This document shows positions 8,088 to 19,712 of a DNA stretch of 64,000 bases, piece after piece. The DNA comes from Pirellulales bacterium. Lineage in GTDB: Bacteria > Planctomycetota > Planctomycetia > Pirellulales > UBA1268. The DNA lies in assembly GCA_044236455.1 (NCBI GenBank), contig JBIIGJ010000008.1, positions 405 to 64,404 on the forward strand. The letters are read 5' to 3'. Position 1 is the stretch's first letter. Every line of letters begins with the position of its first letter. The notes beneath the pieces are model-generated. The model saw only the letters and a list, made by a program, of their open reading frames with translations. It did no database searches and was not told where the DNA came from. The position numbers were made by a program, and so were the translations under genes.

Positions 8088-9950
8088 CTAGAAGTCGAAT
8101 GCCAGTCGCGTGCCGAAGCCGTTGATGAAGCCGCTGCCGTTGTAGCTGGTGCTCGGGACGACGTCGCTGCCTGACTTCTCCCACGGAGTGCTCACGAAGT
8201 CGCGGTAGGTCAAGTCGTAGTTGAAGTAGACGCGGGCGTTGGGGTTGAGCAGCCAGTTAAGGCCCAGTGTCATGCCATTGAGGACGCCGCCGTTGACCTG
8301 TCCATCGTTGAGGCATAGGTAGTTGTAGCGCACCCCCACCTGCCATGCACCCTCGCTGATGTTCCACTGGTTGCGGCGGGCGCTGCGGTCGCGGATCGCG
8401 TAGAAGTTGTTGTGTGGAATCGGTCGGTCGAACCGGTATTCGATCTTCGAGTAGGTGCGGCTTTCACCGGTGAGGAAGTAGAGCACCTCGGCGTAGCCTG
8501 CCTGGTAGTAGACGGTGCCGACGCTCGTGCCCGGCTTGGGCTGGTAGCCGTTGGTGACGAGCGGGCCCGCCTTGGTCGTCGTGGCGTTGTAGAGCCAGGA
8601 TCCGAAGTATTCCGACTGGAATGACCACGGGCCGTTGTTGGCGACGAACTCAAGTCCGATCATGTTCTGCCATGTGCCTTGCAGAAGACCTGAGTCGGCG
8701 TAGATCGAGTTGAGCGGGCCGGGCGGGCCGTTGCGGATATCGCCACGGCTGCGGAAGCGGACGGCGGTGATGGGATCGCCGCTTGGCAGGCCGGTCTTGC
8801 TGTCAAACGACGTGTACTGCCGCCGCGGCTCCATCGTGCGGCCTGAGAGGCCGAGATGGACAAGTTTGCGTCCCTCGTCCTCGAAGACGGGCAGATAGAC
8901 GAGGCGGCCGACGGTCATGCTGCCGCCGGATGAGTTGGAGAAGCCGAAGGGGTTGGCTGTGTTCTTGAATTCGCCCACCTGCCAGGCGATGTCCCCCTCT
9001 TCGTTGTTGTTGAGGATCTGGATGCCGGGGACGAAGCCGTTGTTGAACGGGCCCTCGAAGGCATCCTGGGCAAAAGATCGTTCCATGAAGTTGAGCCAGC
9101 GGCTGCTGGTGAGATGCTCGTAGCCGTAGGGATCTTTCTGATTGCCGACGCGGACGGTGCCCAGGATCGGAATCTCGCGGACCTGCATCCAGAGATCGGT
9201 GACGGCGGTCAGCGGACCGGCGTCGCGCTCCGTCGGGTAGACTTCGTTATTGACGTTGATCTGGTTGACGAAGTCGTATTCGCAGGCCCAGTCGTACATC
9301 TCGTACATCCGGCCCTCGATGCGGAACCGGGCGCGGCGGAAATTGACAGTGTCGGACAGCCGGGTGTCGAGGCCGCCCTGGTTGGGAGCTTGGTTGGGAC
9401 CAGGGGCTGCCGAGAAGGCGACGGCGTCGACCTGCGTGCGGCCGCCGACCTTGACGCGGAAGTCCTTGTTGGCCGATTCCGCATCGAATGCGTAGCCCCA
9501 CTTCGACTTGAGGGCCTTGTCCGTGCCAACCTCGTAGGGCTCCTTTTTCTCGTCTTTTGCCTTGCCGTCCTTCGACGCGGCGTCGTCAGGTTTGCTTTCG
9601 GCGGCCTTGTCATCCTTGGGTGGCGGAAGCGACTCGACTGTGTTGGCGGCCTTTTTTTCCAGATCCTTGAGCCTGGATTCGAGTTCGGCGATCCGCTGCC
9701 GCTCGGTTGATAGTGCCTGGGAGACATCGTCGAACGAACCGAGCCGTCCGGAGACGCTGGGCAGATCGATGGGCGACTGGTCCTGGGCTTCTGCGATCAC
9801 CAGGAATGGGTCGGCAGCCAGGGGGACAGCGGCCGGGGCCGCCGCCAGCATGAAGAGGGCGAGAATCGTCAGTGGATGGACATGGGACCGCCGTCTCCGA
9901 GGAACGGACTGCTCCAGGCGCTCTGGATCACTCTTCCAGGTGGCACGCAT
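8088..9950 (-). CDS. OprO/OprP-type (phosphate/anion-selective) porin
   Basis: GGRTQVD, FRRARF, GNQKDPYGYEHLTSSRWLNFMERS, TLGLNWLLNPN and terminal FDF; N-terminal coiled coil. Confidence 0.88.
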   Translation of the reverse strand: MRATWKSDPERLEQSVPRRRRSHVHPLTILALFMLAAAPAAVPLAADPFLVIAEAQDQSPIDLPSVSGRLGSFDDVSQALSTERQRIAELESRLKDLEKKAANTVESLPPPKDDKAAESKPDDAASKDGKAKDEKKEPYEVGTDKALKSKWGYAFDAESANKDFRVKVGGRTQVDAVAFSAAPGPNQAPNQGGLDTRLSDTVNFRRARFRIEGRMYEMYDWACEYDFVNQINVNNEVYPTERDAGPLTAVTDLWMQVREIPILGTVRVGNQKDPYGYEHLTSSRWLNFMERSFAQDAFEGPFNNGFVPGIQILNNNEEGDIAWQVGEFKNTANPFGFSNSSGGSMTVGRLVYLPVFEDEGRKLVHLGLSGRTMEPRRQYTSFDSKTGLPSGDPITAVRFRSRGDIRNGPPGPLNSIYADSGLLQGTWQNMIGLEFVANNGPWSFQSEYFGSWLYNATTTKAGPLVTNGYQPKPGTSVGTVYYQAGYAEVLYFLTGESRTYSKIEYRFDRPIPHNNFYAIRDRSARRNQWNISEGAWQVGVRYNYLCLNDGQVNGGVLNGMTLGLNWLLNPNARVYFNYDLTYRDFVSTPWEKSGSDVVPSTSYNGSGFINGFGTRLAFDF

Positions 9951-10119
9951 CGTTGCTGAATCCTCGGTGGCTCTCCGATCGTCATGATCGGAAAAGCCGC
10001 GTGGTGACCTTGACGATTGCGGGTTAGCTAGCGAATTTGATGGCCTGCTGCGGTGGACTGTCCGCCCACCAGGGCGGTGCTTGGTTTGGCTGGGGGCTCT
10101 GGGTGGCTTGTGGTGGTCG

Positions 10120-11529
10120 TCAGACGATGGGCAGACGGACCGTAAACGTCGTGCCCCGGCCGATGGTGCTTGTGACGGCAATGGTGCCGCCGTGGCGATC
10201 CACGATCGACCGGCAGATGGCCAGCCCCAACCCGCCGCCGCGGGCGGCTTCGGAGCGGGTTCGCGAGACGTCGGTCTTGTAGAAGCGATCGAACACCCGG
10301 TCGAGGTGGTCTGCCTCGATGCCACAGCCGGTGTCGGCAACGGTTACGACCGCTTCGTGGCGATCCTCGTCGAAGACCACCGACACAGCCACCCGGCCGC
10401 CCTCCGGCGTGAACCGGATGGCGTTGTCGAGCAGATTACCAAACACCTGCCGGAGTTGGGGAGCGTCGCCAGCCACCTGGATTGCTGCCTTTGTTGGCTC
10501 GAGCAGCAGGCCGACCGAACGCTCCTCGGCCACCCCGCCGAACATGGCCACCGTCTGGCGGGCAATCGCACCGAGATCGACCCGCTCGCGGGGCCGCACG
10601 CGGGTGTCGTCGCCCGCCTCGGCCAGCAGCAGCAGGTCGTTCGTCAACTTCGACAGGTGACGGGCCTCCTCCAGCACGTCGGCCAGCGTCTCGCGGTAGT
10701 CATCTGCGGTGCGGTCCTGCGAGATGGCCACCTCCAGTGAACTCCGCATCGCGGCGAGCGGGCCTCGCAGTTCGTGGGCCGCATCCGCCACGAACTGCTG
10801 CTGCCGTTCGACATGCCCTGCCACCTCGTCAAGCAGGTGGTTGATCGTCACCGACAGCCGGTCGAGTTCGTCCTGCGTGCCGAATACCTCCAGCCGGTCT
10901 CCGAGCCGCGTGGGCTTGAGCTGCTCGGCCGTCCGCAGGATCTCGGCCACCGGCTTGGTGGCTCGGAGCGCCAGCCAGTATCCCACCAACGGGGTCAGGA
11001 GGGAGAGCCCGAGAGCCACGGGAAGGAGCAGCCGGGTGAGCGTGTTGATGTCGTCGTCGAGAAAGGCCGTGGCCATACCGATGCGCACGTGAAACGGCTC
11101 GTCACTGGGGTCGGTGATCCGGCGGCGGGCGAACCGGTACCCTCCCACTTGGACGAGGGCTTCGATCTTCTCCCGCGCCACCGGCCAGCGGACCACCTCC
11201 GGCGGGCAGCTTGCGCTCTTCCAAAGCGTCGTGCCCTCGTCGTTGAGCAGCTGCGTGAACCAGCCACGTTCCTCATGGCCGGCCGCCTTGCGACGCAGTT
11301 CGTCCACGACGGCGTCGGTGTTTGGGTATAGGTCCCGCAGCGCGATCGTCACCTCGTTCACCTCGCCGCGGAGCACGGCATCGGCCTCGCGATAGAGGGC
11401 TGCCCGCGCGCCCACCTTCACGGCGAGCAGCGCCACCAGCGTGATCAGCAGCACGACGAGCGTGTTCCAGACCGTGAGTCTGACGCGGAGCGTCGCCCAC
11501 GGAATCCTGTTAAACAGTCGTGAGGGCAT
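10120..11529 (-). CDS. sensor histidine kinase (2 TM, HAMP, HisKA, HATPase; CusS-like)
   Basis: ADAAHELRGPL, NLLDNAIRFT, DTGCGI and GGGLGLAI motifs. Confidence 0.95.
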   Translation of the reverse strand: MPSRLFNRIPWATLRVRLTVWNTLVVLLITLVALLAVKVGARAALYREADAVLRGEVNEVTIALRDLYPNTDAVVDELRRKAAGHEERGWFTQLLNDEGTTLWKSASCPPEVVRWPVAREKIEALVQVGGYRFARRRITDPSDEPFHVRIGMATAFLDDDINTLTRLLLPVALGLSLLTPLVGYWLALRATKPVAEILRTAEQLKPTRLGDRLEVFGTQDELDRLSVTINHLLDEVAGHVERQQQFVADAAHELRGPLAAMRSSLEVAISQDRTADDYRETLADVLEEARHLSKLTNDLLLLAEAGDDTRVRPRERVDLGAIARQTVAMFGGVAEERSVGLLLEPTKAAIQVAGDAPQLRQVFGNLLDNAIRFTPEGGRVAVSVVFDEDRHEAVVTVADTGCGIEADHLDRVFDRFYKTDVSRTRSEAARGGGLGLAICRSIVDRHGGTIAVTSTIGRGTTFTVRLPIV

Positions 11530-12181
11530 AGCCACGGCCTCGGATCGTGCGGATGAGCGAGTTGTCGCGGCCCTTGTCGAGTTTGCCCCGTAGCCGGTTG
11601 ATATGCACCTCGATCACGTTCGTCGGGCCGTCCCAGTCGAACCCCCAGACATGTTCGCAGAGCATCTTTCGCGTCACCACCTGGCCTTTGTACCGCATCA
11701 GGAGTTCCAGGATGCTGAACTCGGTAGGCGTGAGTTCGATGGTCCGGCCCGCCATCGCGAGCCGCTTGGTGGCGAGGCTCAGGTGCAGGTCGCCGGCTTC
11801 CAGTTCCATGGCGGGCTTGTGGGCCGTGCGGCGGTGCACCGCCTCGATCCGGGCCAGCAGTTCGTCGATCGCGAACGGCTTGACGAGGTAGTCGTCGGCG
11901 CCGGCCTCGAAGCCCTCGAGTTTGTCGGGTACCGCGCCGCGGGCCGTGAGCACGATCACGGGAGTCCGCACGCCCGCCTGACGGGCCGCTCGCAGCACGT
12001 CGAGGCCGCTCGCCTTCGGCAGCATCAGGTCGAGCACCACGATGTCGCTCGAGAGAAGCGTCTTGTCGCGGATGGCCGACTCGCCGTCAGCCACCCACGT
12101 GCACTGATGCCCCGCCTCGCGGACGGCTTTGGTGACTGCCTTGGCGATGACCGGATCATCTTCGACGATCGAGACGTGCAT
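11510..12181 (-). CDS. OmpR-family response regulator
   Basis: VEDD, VLDLMLP, GADDYLVKPF, NVIEVHINRLR and TIRGRGY motifs. Confidence 0.95.
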   Translation of the reverse strand: MHVSIVEDDPVIAKAVTKAVREAGHQCTWVADGESAIRDKTLLSSDIVVLDLMLPKASGLDVLRAARQAGVRTPVIVLTARGAVPDKLEGFEAGADDYLVKPFAIDELLARIEAVHRRTAHKPAMELEAGDLHLSLATKRLAMAGRTIELTPTEFSILELLMRYKGQVVTRKMLCEHVWGFDWDGPTNVIEVHINRLRGKLDKGRDNSLIRTIRGRGYALTTV

Positions 12182-12399
12182 GACGGTATCCAACGCAGCC
12201 GAGAGCCTGCCGTCCCCACGCTTACGGTCACGAAAGGATGAACACACGCTCTTCACGCTACCGGTATATTAACGTTCGTGCGCCATGGCTGCGAGTCATG
12301 CTCTTAGCCATGCCGGCTGACGTCATGAGCGACGTTGTTAGGTGATCTGGCGGTTGTTCAGGCTTCACGGGCGTTCTTTTTGTGAGGGATCTGCAAGGC

Positions 12400-14103
12400 A
12401 TGGCTCATTCGCGGAGTGGAGAGCGCAGGAGTGGACCTCTGCTCGCGGTAGATACGGAGGTTCCTCGCGGTGATGCAGCGGGGTTCGTCAGGTATCTGTC
12501 TCAGGATGCCACAGCGGGACTCCTCGTATTCTTGATCGCCCTCCCGCTCTGTCTGGGCATCTCGGTGGCGTCCGGTTTTCCTCCGATTGCGGGTGTGTTC
12601 ACGACTGTCGTGGGTGCTCTCGTCACAACGTTCATCAGTAATTCCGAACTCACTATCAAGGGCCCGGCAGCGGGGCTCATTGTGATCGTGTTGGGAGCCA
12701 TGCAGGCGTTCGGATACACGGCAGGCCAAAACCCCACTGCGGACGTGAACGCGTATCGGATGACACTGGCGGTCGGCGTCATCGCCGGCATCGTGCAGGT
12801 GCTGTTCGGTCTCTTGCGGGCAGGTGTGCTCGGTGACTTCTTCCCAACGGCCGTGGTGCACGGGATGCTCGCAGCAATCGGCGTCATCATTGTGCTCAAA
12901 CAGTTGCCGGTTGCCGTCGGGCAGAAGGCGGCGGGCGAGCCGCTTGAAATCCTGCGAGAGTTGCCAGAAACCGTCTCGCGACTCAACCCCGCGATAGCCT
13001 GCATGGGGGCCTTGAGTTTGCTCATCCTGTTTGCGTGGCCGTATCTGAGAGGTCGGTTCGGACTGACTTGGCTGAAGGGCATCCCCGGGCAGTTGGTCGT
13101 GCTGATCGTAGCGGTGCCACTGGGGATGCTGTTTGGGTTGGGTCATGATCACGTCTACGACTTCGCAGGCCATTCTTATCCACTCGGGCCGTCGTTTCTG
13201 GTGAATGTTCCACGCAATCTGCTGGCGGCTGTCACGTTCCCCGATTTTTCCGTATTTACCTCGCCAACAACCCGCGGTGCCGGCGTCCTGTGGGTGGTCA
13301 TGTTTTCGCTGGTTGGAAACCTCGAGTCGTTGCTCAGCGCCAAGGCGATCGACATGGTCGATCCCTGGCACAGGAAAACGAGGCTCAATCGCGATTTGGT
13401 AGCCGTGGGCATTGCCAATGTGGCGGCGGCGTCGATTGGCGGCCTGCCGATGATCTCGGAGATCGTGCGTAGCAAGGCCAATATCGACAACGGCGCGCAT
13501 ACGCGATTTGCCGATTTCTGGCACGGCGTCTTCCTGCTTGCGTTCGTCGCCCTCCTGCCAGGACTGGTTTGCACTATCCCACTGGCAGCGTTGGCGGCGA
13601 TGCTCGTGTACACGGGCTGTAGGCTGGCGTCGCCCAGCGAGTTCATCAGCGTCTACAAGATTGGTCGCGAGCAGTTGGTCATTTTTGTATTCACGCTCGT
13701 GGGCGTATTGGCAACCGACCTGCTGATCGGTGTGCTTATCGGCATCGTCGTCAAGTTCTTCATACACTTGCTGAATGGGCTGCCGATCCAAACGATGTTC
13801 AAGCCGTTTCTCGAGGTGACCGTGCTCGACGACAGCACGGTGCAGATCGATGCCCGGGGCTCCGCTGTGTTTTCGAACTGGATCCCATTTCGTCGGCAGA
13901 TATGTCAGTTGGGCCTCGAGCAGCAACACAATATCCTCGTCAACCTGGAGGGCACGAGGCTGGTGGATCACAGCGTGATGGAGGGGCTGCACGAGTTGCA
14001 GGCCGACTTCGAGCGGGCGGGGCTTGCGCTCGAAGTCATCGGGCTGGGCGAACATCGGGCATTGTCAACCCATCCATTCGCAACACGCCGACGGCAGGCA
14101 TGA
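12400..14103 (+). CDS. SulP/SLC26 family inorganic anion (possibly bicarbonate) transporter
   Basis: GLLVFLIALPLCLGISVASGFPP, KGPAAGL and GGLPMISEIVRS motifs; STAS-like C-terminus. Confidence 0.92.
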   Translation: MAHSRSGERRSGPLLAVDTEVPRGDAAGFVRYLSQDATAGLLVFLIALPLCLGISVASGFPPIAGVFTTVVGALVTTFISNSELTIKGPAAGLIVIVLGAMQAFGYTAGQNPTADVNAYRMTLAVGVIAGIVQVLFGLLRAGVLGDFFPTAVVHGMLAAIGVIIVLKQLPVAVGQKAAGEPLEILRELPETVSRLNPAIACMGALSLLILFAWPYLRGRFGLTWLKGIPGQLVVLIVAVPLGMLFGLGHDHVYDFAGHSYPLGPSFLVNVPRNLLAAVTFPDFSVFTSPTTRGAGVLWVVMFSLVGNLESLLSAKAIDMVDPWHRKTRLNRDLVAVGIANVAAASIGGLPMISEIVRSKANIDNGAHTRFADFWHGVFLLAFVALLPGLVCTIPLAALAAMLVYTGCRLASPSEFISVYKIGREQLVIFVFTLVGVLATDLLIGVLIGIVVKFFIHLLNGLPIQTMFKPFLEVTVLDDSTVQIDARGSAVFSNWIPFRRQICQLGLEQQHNILVNLEGTRLVDHSVMEGLHELQADFERAGLALEVIGLGEHRALSTHPFATRRRQA

Positions 14104-14120
14104 TTCGGCCCGTCGCCCCG

Positions 14121-15719
<1,599 letters not shown>

Positions 15720-15881
15720 GGCTGGCTCGAAAATGCGGGGCGTAAAAGCCCGCCAGTATAGAGCCACGCTGCCAGTTGGAAACACTGCCCGCAGCCACGG
15801 CGTTTTTTCGGGTTGCCTGCTATAGTTTGGCCGGTATCAGGCCGGTGTTTTTCCTCACACTTCCCATTGCCACCCGCCACC

Positions 15882-16655
15882 ATGCTGACGCTGCTCACGA
15901 ACGACGACGGAATCTTTGCCCCCGGTCTGGCAGCCCTGGAGCGAGCCCTGCGGCGGCTGGGCGATGTGAGCGTGGTCGCTCCCTCGACCGAACAGAGCGG
16001 CGTGGGCCACGCGATCACGTTCCTCACGCCCCTTACCGCCAAGGAGGTCTTCGAGGGCACGCGGAGCCGCGGCTGGGCGGTCGACGGCAGTCCGGCCGAT
16101 GCCGTCAAACTCGGCATCTCCGAGTTTTGTCCGCGGCGGCCCGACCTCGTCGTCAGCGGGATCAACAGCGGACTCAATGCGGGCATCAACGTGCTCTATT
16201 CCGGCACGGTGGCGGCCGCCATCGAGGGCGCCTTCTTCGGCATCACGAGCATCGCCGTGTCGCTCGAGTGGGATGAGCAAGCCGACTACGACCGTGCCGC
16301 CGAGATCGCCGCGGAGGTGCTGGCCGAACTGCTGGCCCGCCGCCCGGCGGCAGGCAGCCTCTACAACATCAACATCCCGACGCGGGCCCTCCGCGGCACG
16401 CCGGAACTGCGGGTCGTGCCGATGAGCATCGCCCGCTACGGCGAGGCCTTCGAGCGGCGGGTCGATCCCCGAGGGCGTTCGTATTACTGGGCCACGAACG
16501 ATCCGCCGCCCCCGCCGTCGCCGCACGAGTCGGACGTGACGGCGCTGGCCGCCGGCAAGGTCACGCTCACGCCGCTCGACTACGACCTCACCCACCGGAG
16601 CAGTCTCGGATCACTCGCTGCGAGCCCATGGCGGATCACTCCAGCCGCTGGTTGA
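15882..16655 (+). CDS. surE: 5'/3'-nucleotidase SurE
   Basis: LLTNDDG, GSPADAV, VVSGINSG and YSGTVAAA motifs. Confidence 0.96.
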   Translation: MLTLLTNDDGIFAPGLAALERALRRLGDVSVVAPSTEQSGVGHAITFLTPLTAKEVFEGTRSRGWAVDGSPADAVKLGISEFCPRRPDLVVSGINSGLNAGINVLYSGTVAAAIEGAFFGITSIAVSLEWDEQADYDRAAEIAAEVLAELLARRPAAGSLYNINIPTRALRGTPELRVVPMSIARYGEAFERRVDPRGRSYYWATNDPPPPPSPHESDVTALAAGKVTLTPLDYDLTHRSSLGSLAASPWRITPAAG

Positions 16656-16704
16656 TGAGCTGGTGATGAGATTGCAGCGGGCGGAATTGGTTCGCCGGCT
16701 GCGT

Positions 16705-18573
16705 CTACTTGCCGTCGGAGGCCGGGGCTGCATCTGGGGCAGCCGTACCGAGAGTCTTGAGGCCATCGAGCGGGCTGGGGCCGGAGGGCTCACTGGCGGG
16801 CTGCTCCCGTTTTTTTCCCGGGGGCGGCCTGCGTGGGGGTTTTTTGGCCGGGAGCTTGGGCGTTGCCTGCGGAACGGGGGGCTCGGCAGCGGTCTCGCTG
16901 GTTTCATCGATCGTCGCCGTCGTGTCGGACGTCTCTTCGTCGGTGCTCTGCTCGCCGGAGCGGCCGAGGAACAGCCAGCCGGCCACGGCCAGTGCCACGG
17001 CCAGCAGGAGTGCGGCGGCCAGCCAGACAAGGAGCGGCAGGCCAGCATATCGCCGCCACAGCCACTCACGGCCACCGGCAGCCGGCGCGGTCTGCGGCGG
17101 AGCAGCCGCCACGGCCGTTGCTTTCCGGCTTTCGCCGGCTTTCCCCTTGCCTGAACCAGATGCGGTGTTGATGAAGATGCCACCGGCCGCAGCGGACGGG
17201 GCTGTGGTCTTGGCCGAGACCGCAGGGAGGCGGCCCGTGGAACGCGATCCGCTCGACGGCGGCGGCGTGAGCGCTAACGAATGCAGATCGACGCCCGACC
17301 GCGGCGCTGCACCGATCCCCGAACTGCTCCCCGAGCCACTCCCAGCCCCGCTGCCCGGCCCGCTGCCCGGCCCGCTGCGGGGCACGGGGAATGGCGGTGC
17401 CGTCGCGGGCCGAGTCGTGGCCGAGCCGCCCGTGCGCGGAAGCTGTTCGGCTGCGCCAGACGTGTCGGCGGCGGATCTTCGGAGCGAAGCCCGTCGCGGC
17501 GGCTCCGGACGCGTCCTGCCGGCTGCACCCGCCGTGGTCGCCAGCCATGAGGCGAGCGCGTCGGCCACCTCCTGCGCCGACTGATACCGGGCGTCGGGAT
17601 GTTTTTCCATCATACGGAAATAGAGCTCGACGATCGCGGCCGGTACGTCGGGCCGCGCGTCGAGCAGGTTGGGCGCGGGCTCGTTCATGTGGGCCCGGAT
17701 GCGTTCGGCCAGCGACCCCTTCGCAAACGGGGCCTTGCCAACGAGCAGGTAGTAGAGCGTGCATCCCAGCGAGTAGATGTCGGAACGTCCGTCGGCCTTG
17801 TGGCTGTCGCGGGCCTGCTCTGGTGCGAGGTAGTCGGCCGTGCCCAGCACCTTCTCGTCATGCTCCTTGGTGAGCGAGGCATCTTCGTCGTCGTTGGCCA
17901 ACGCCAGGCCGAGATCGAGGATCTTCACGTGGCCCCGCTTGTCGACCATCAGGTTGGCGGGCTTGATGTCGCGGTGCACGAGCCCCTCTTCGTGGGCATA
18001 GTGCAGGCCAAGCGCCGCCTGCCTGATGAATTCGGCGGCGTCGCGGACTGGTAGCGGCCCGATTTCCTTCACCCGCGCGTGCAGGTCGGTGCCGTCGATG
18101 TACTCCATCACGATGAAGTGGATCGCGCCCGACGTATCGAGATCGAAGGCCCGGGCGATGTGGGGATGGTTGAGCCGGGCAGATGCCTGCGCCTCGCGCT
18201 CGAAGCGGGCGAGGTAGGAGGACTGCTCGACCCGTTTCACGGGTAGCACCTTGATGGCCACCTTGTTGTGGAGAGTCATATGCTCCGCGAGGTAGACGCT
18301 GCTCATGCCGCCCGCCCCGAGCAGCCTCAGGAGCTTGTACTTGCCAAGCACGAACCCCTTGTGGCGTCCCTTGCGAAGCTGCTCCATCTGCCAGGGCGTC
18401 AGCAGCCCGCGATCGATGATCGCCTGGATACAGTCCTCGGGGACGGGGCCCGCCTTCCCCTTCCACGGCGCGATGGCCTTGTCGAGCAGGTCTGGTTCGA
18501 CCAGACCGCTGGACCGTGCGACGCGGAGAAAGTCTTCGAGCGTCTGGGCAGGCGTGGAGGCGGGATCAGACAT
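16705..18573 (-). CDS. Hanks-type Ser/Thr protein kinase with low-complexity linker and C-terminal TM helix
   Basis: LGAGGMSSVY, VAIK, HRDIKPAN, DLG and GTADYLAPEQ motifs. Confidence 0.96.
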   Translation of the reverse strand: MSDPASTPAQTLEDFLRVARSSGLVEPDLLDKAIAPWKGKAGPVPEDCIQAIIDRGLLTPWQMEQLRKGRHKGFVLGKYKLLRLLGAGGMSSVYLAEHMTLHNKVAIKVLPVKRVEQSSYLARFEREAQASARLNHPHIARAFDLDTSGAIHFIVMEYIDGTDLHARVKEIGPLPVRDAAEFIRQAALGLHYAHEEGLVHRDIKPANLMVDKRGHVKILDLGLALANDDEDASLTKEHDEKVLGTADYLAPEQARDSHKADGRSDIYSLGCTLYYLLVGKAPFAKGSLAERIRAHMNEPAPNLLDARPDVPAAIVELYFRMMEKHPDARYQSAQEVADALASWLATTAGAAGRTRPEPPRRASLRRSAADTSGAAEQLPRTGGSATTRPATAPPFPVPRSGPGSGPGSGAGSGSGSSSGIGAAPRSGVDLHSLALTPPPSSGSRSTGRLPAVSAKTTAPSAAAGGIFINTASGSGKGKAGESRKATAVAAAPPQTAPAAGGREWLWRRYAGLPLLVWLAAALLLAVALAVAGWLFLGRSGEQSTDEETSDTTATIDETSETAAEPPVPQATPKLPAKKPPRRPPPGKKREQPASEPSGPSPLDGLKTLGTAAPDAAPASDGK

Positions 18574-18698
18574 GCGGGTCGGGTCGAGGTGGGCTGGTTG
18601 GTCGCAATCAAGGCAGCCTGAGCCGCCCGGCCATCGGCCCAGGGCATGGGCACCAGGCGGCTGGCACTGCCGAATCCAGCCGTTATCCTACATGAAAC

Positions 18699-18944
18699 AT
18701 GGTGTTTCTGCTCTACACCCGCCGTGGCTGCCATCTCTGCGAGGCGGCGGAGGACATGCTGGCCGCTCATCTGCCGGCGGCGGGCGTGGAACTCGTCGAT
18801 GTCGACACGCATCCCGACCTCCAGCGACGGTATGGCACCCGGGTGCCTGTGCTCACTGCCGACGGTGCCGTCGTGCTGGAGGGGCGGTTTGACGAGGTGG
18901 AATTGGCGCGACTTTTGAATTCGGCGGGATCATCCCGGCGCTGA
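18699..18944 (+). CDS. glutaredoxin-like protein (DUF836 type)
   Basis: LYTRRGCHLCE and RVPVL motifs. Confidence 0.85.
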   Translation: MVFLLYTRRGCHLCEAAEDMLAAHLPAAGVELVDVDTHPDLQRRYGTRVPVLTADGAVVLEGRFDEVELARLLNSAGSSRR

Positions 18945-19012
18945 CGCTTCGGGATTTTATGGCCGCATACAAGCCCCCGGCGTGAGCCGGGGGATCTTCC
19001 GGATCCCGAAGC
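18932..19012. repeat. composite REP-like palindromes
   Basis: gcttcgggat (18946-55) / atcccgaagc (19003-12) inverted repeat enclosing the hairpin cccccggc-gtga-gccggggg (18974-93). Confidence 0.65.
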
Positions 19013-19645
19013 TCACAGCCCCAGCTTCAGGCCCCTGCGATCAAGGGCGTCGATGAGGCCTGCCGCCGTGGTGAAGACCTCGGCCTGCCAGCCTGCGGCG
19101 CGGGCGGCCTCGACATGGGAGGGAATGTCGTCACAGAAGAAGATCCGGTCGGGTGGCACGCCGACCCGCTTCGCCGCCAGCCGGTAGATGTCTGGCCCCG
19201 GCTTGGTCGCCCGCACCTCGTGGCTGAGGATGATCTTCTGAAAATTGCCGGGCAGTACGGAGTATCGCTGCGAGAGCAGGTGCTCCCAGTGCGGGCCGCA
19301 GGTGTTGGAGAGAATCCCCAGGCCGCAGCCGGTGCGTTCCAGGCCGGCGATCACCGGCAGCATGTCGATCTTCAGGGCGAACATGTCGCTGGCAGCGTGG
19401 GCCAGGGCTTCGGGATTGGGGGTCGTGCCCGTTCGCCGGGAAAACTCGGCGTGAAATTCGGGCCAGCCGATCTCGCCGCTTTCGATCCGGTCGTGCAGTC
19501 CCCCCTCGATGACCACGTCGCGGATGGTCGCCGGGTCGCCGCCGCTGACCGCGGCCATCTGCCGGAAGGCCCGGTCCCGGTCGAACGATACGATGACGTT
19601 TCCCATATCGAGGAAAACGAATTCGGGACGCACCGGCTCCAGCAC
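19013..19645 (-). CDS. HAD-family phosphatase
   Basis: FLDMGNV, LSNT, KP and FFCDD motifs. Confidence 0.9.
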   Translation of the reverse strand: MLEPVRPEFVFLDMGNVIVSFDRDRAFRQMAAVSGGDPATIRDVVIEGGLHDRIESGEIGWPEFHAEFSRRTGTTPNPEALAHAASDMFALKIDMLPVIAGLERTGCGLGILSNTCGPHWEHLLSQRYSVLPGNFQKIILSHEVRATKPGPDIYRLAAKRVGVPPDRIFFCDDIPSHVEAARAAGWQAEVFTTAAGLIDALDRRGLKLGL

Positions 19646-19712
19646 CTTTCACCTGCACCTTTCAAACGGGGGACGCGGAAACTATTCTGCACGAAACCCC
19701 AAGGAAAACGCC

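Noticed and set aside
12265-12345. ttaac...gttagg segment with internal inverted repeats as an attC site
   Set aside because: Isolated, lacks a convincing L-box pairing and lies in a divergent promoter region; more likely regulatory or chance.
17325-17380. ccgctgcccggc tandem repeats in the kinase gene
   Set aside because: They simply encode a GSGP/GSG low-complexity linker.
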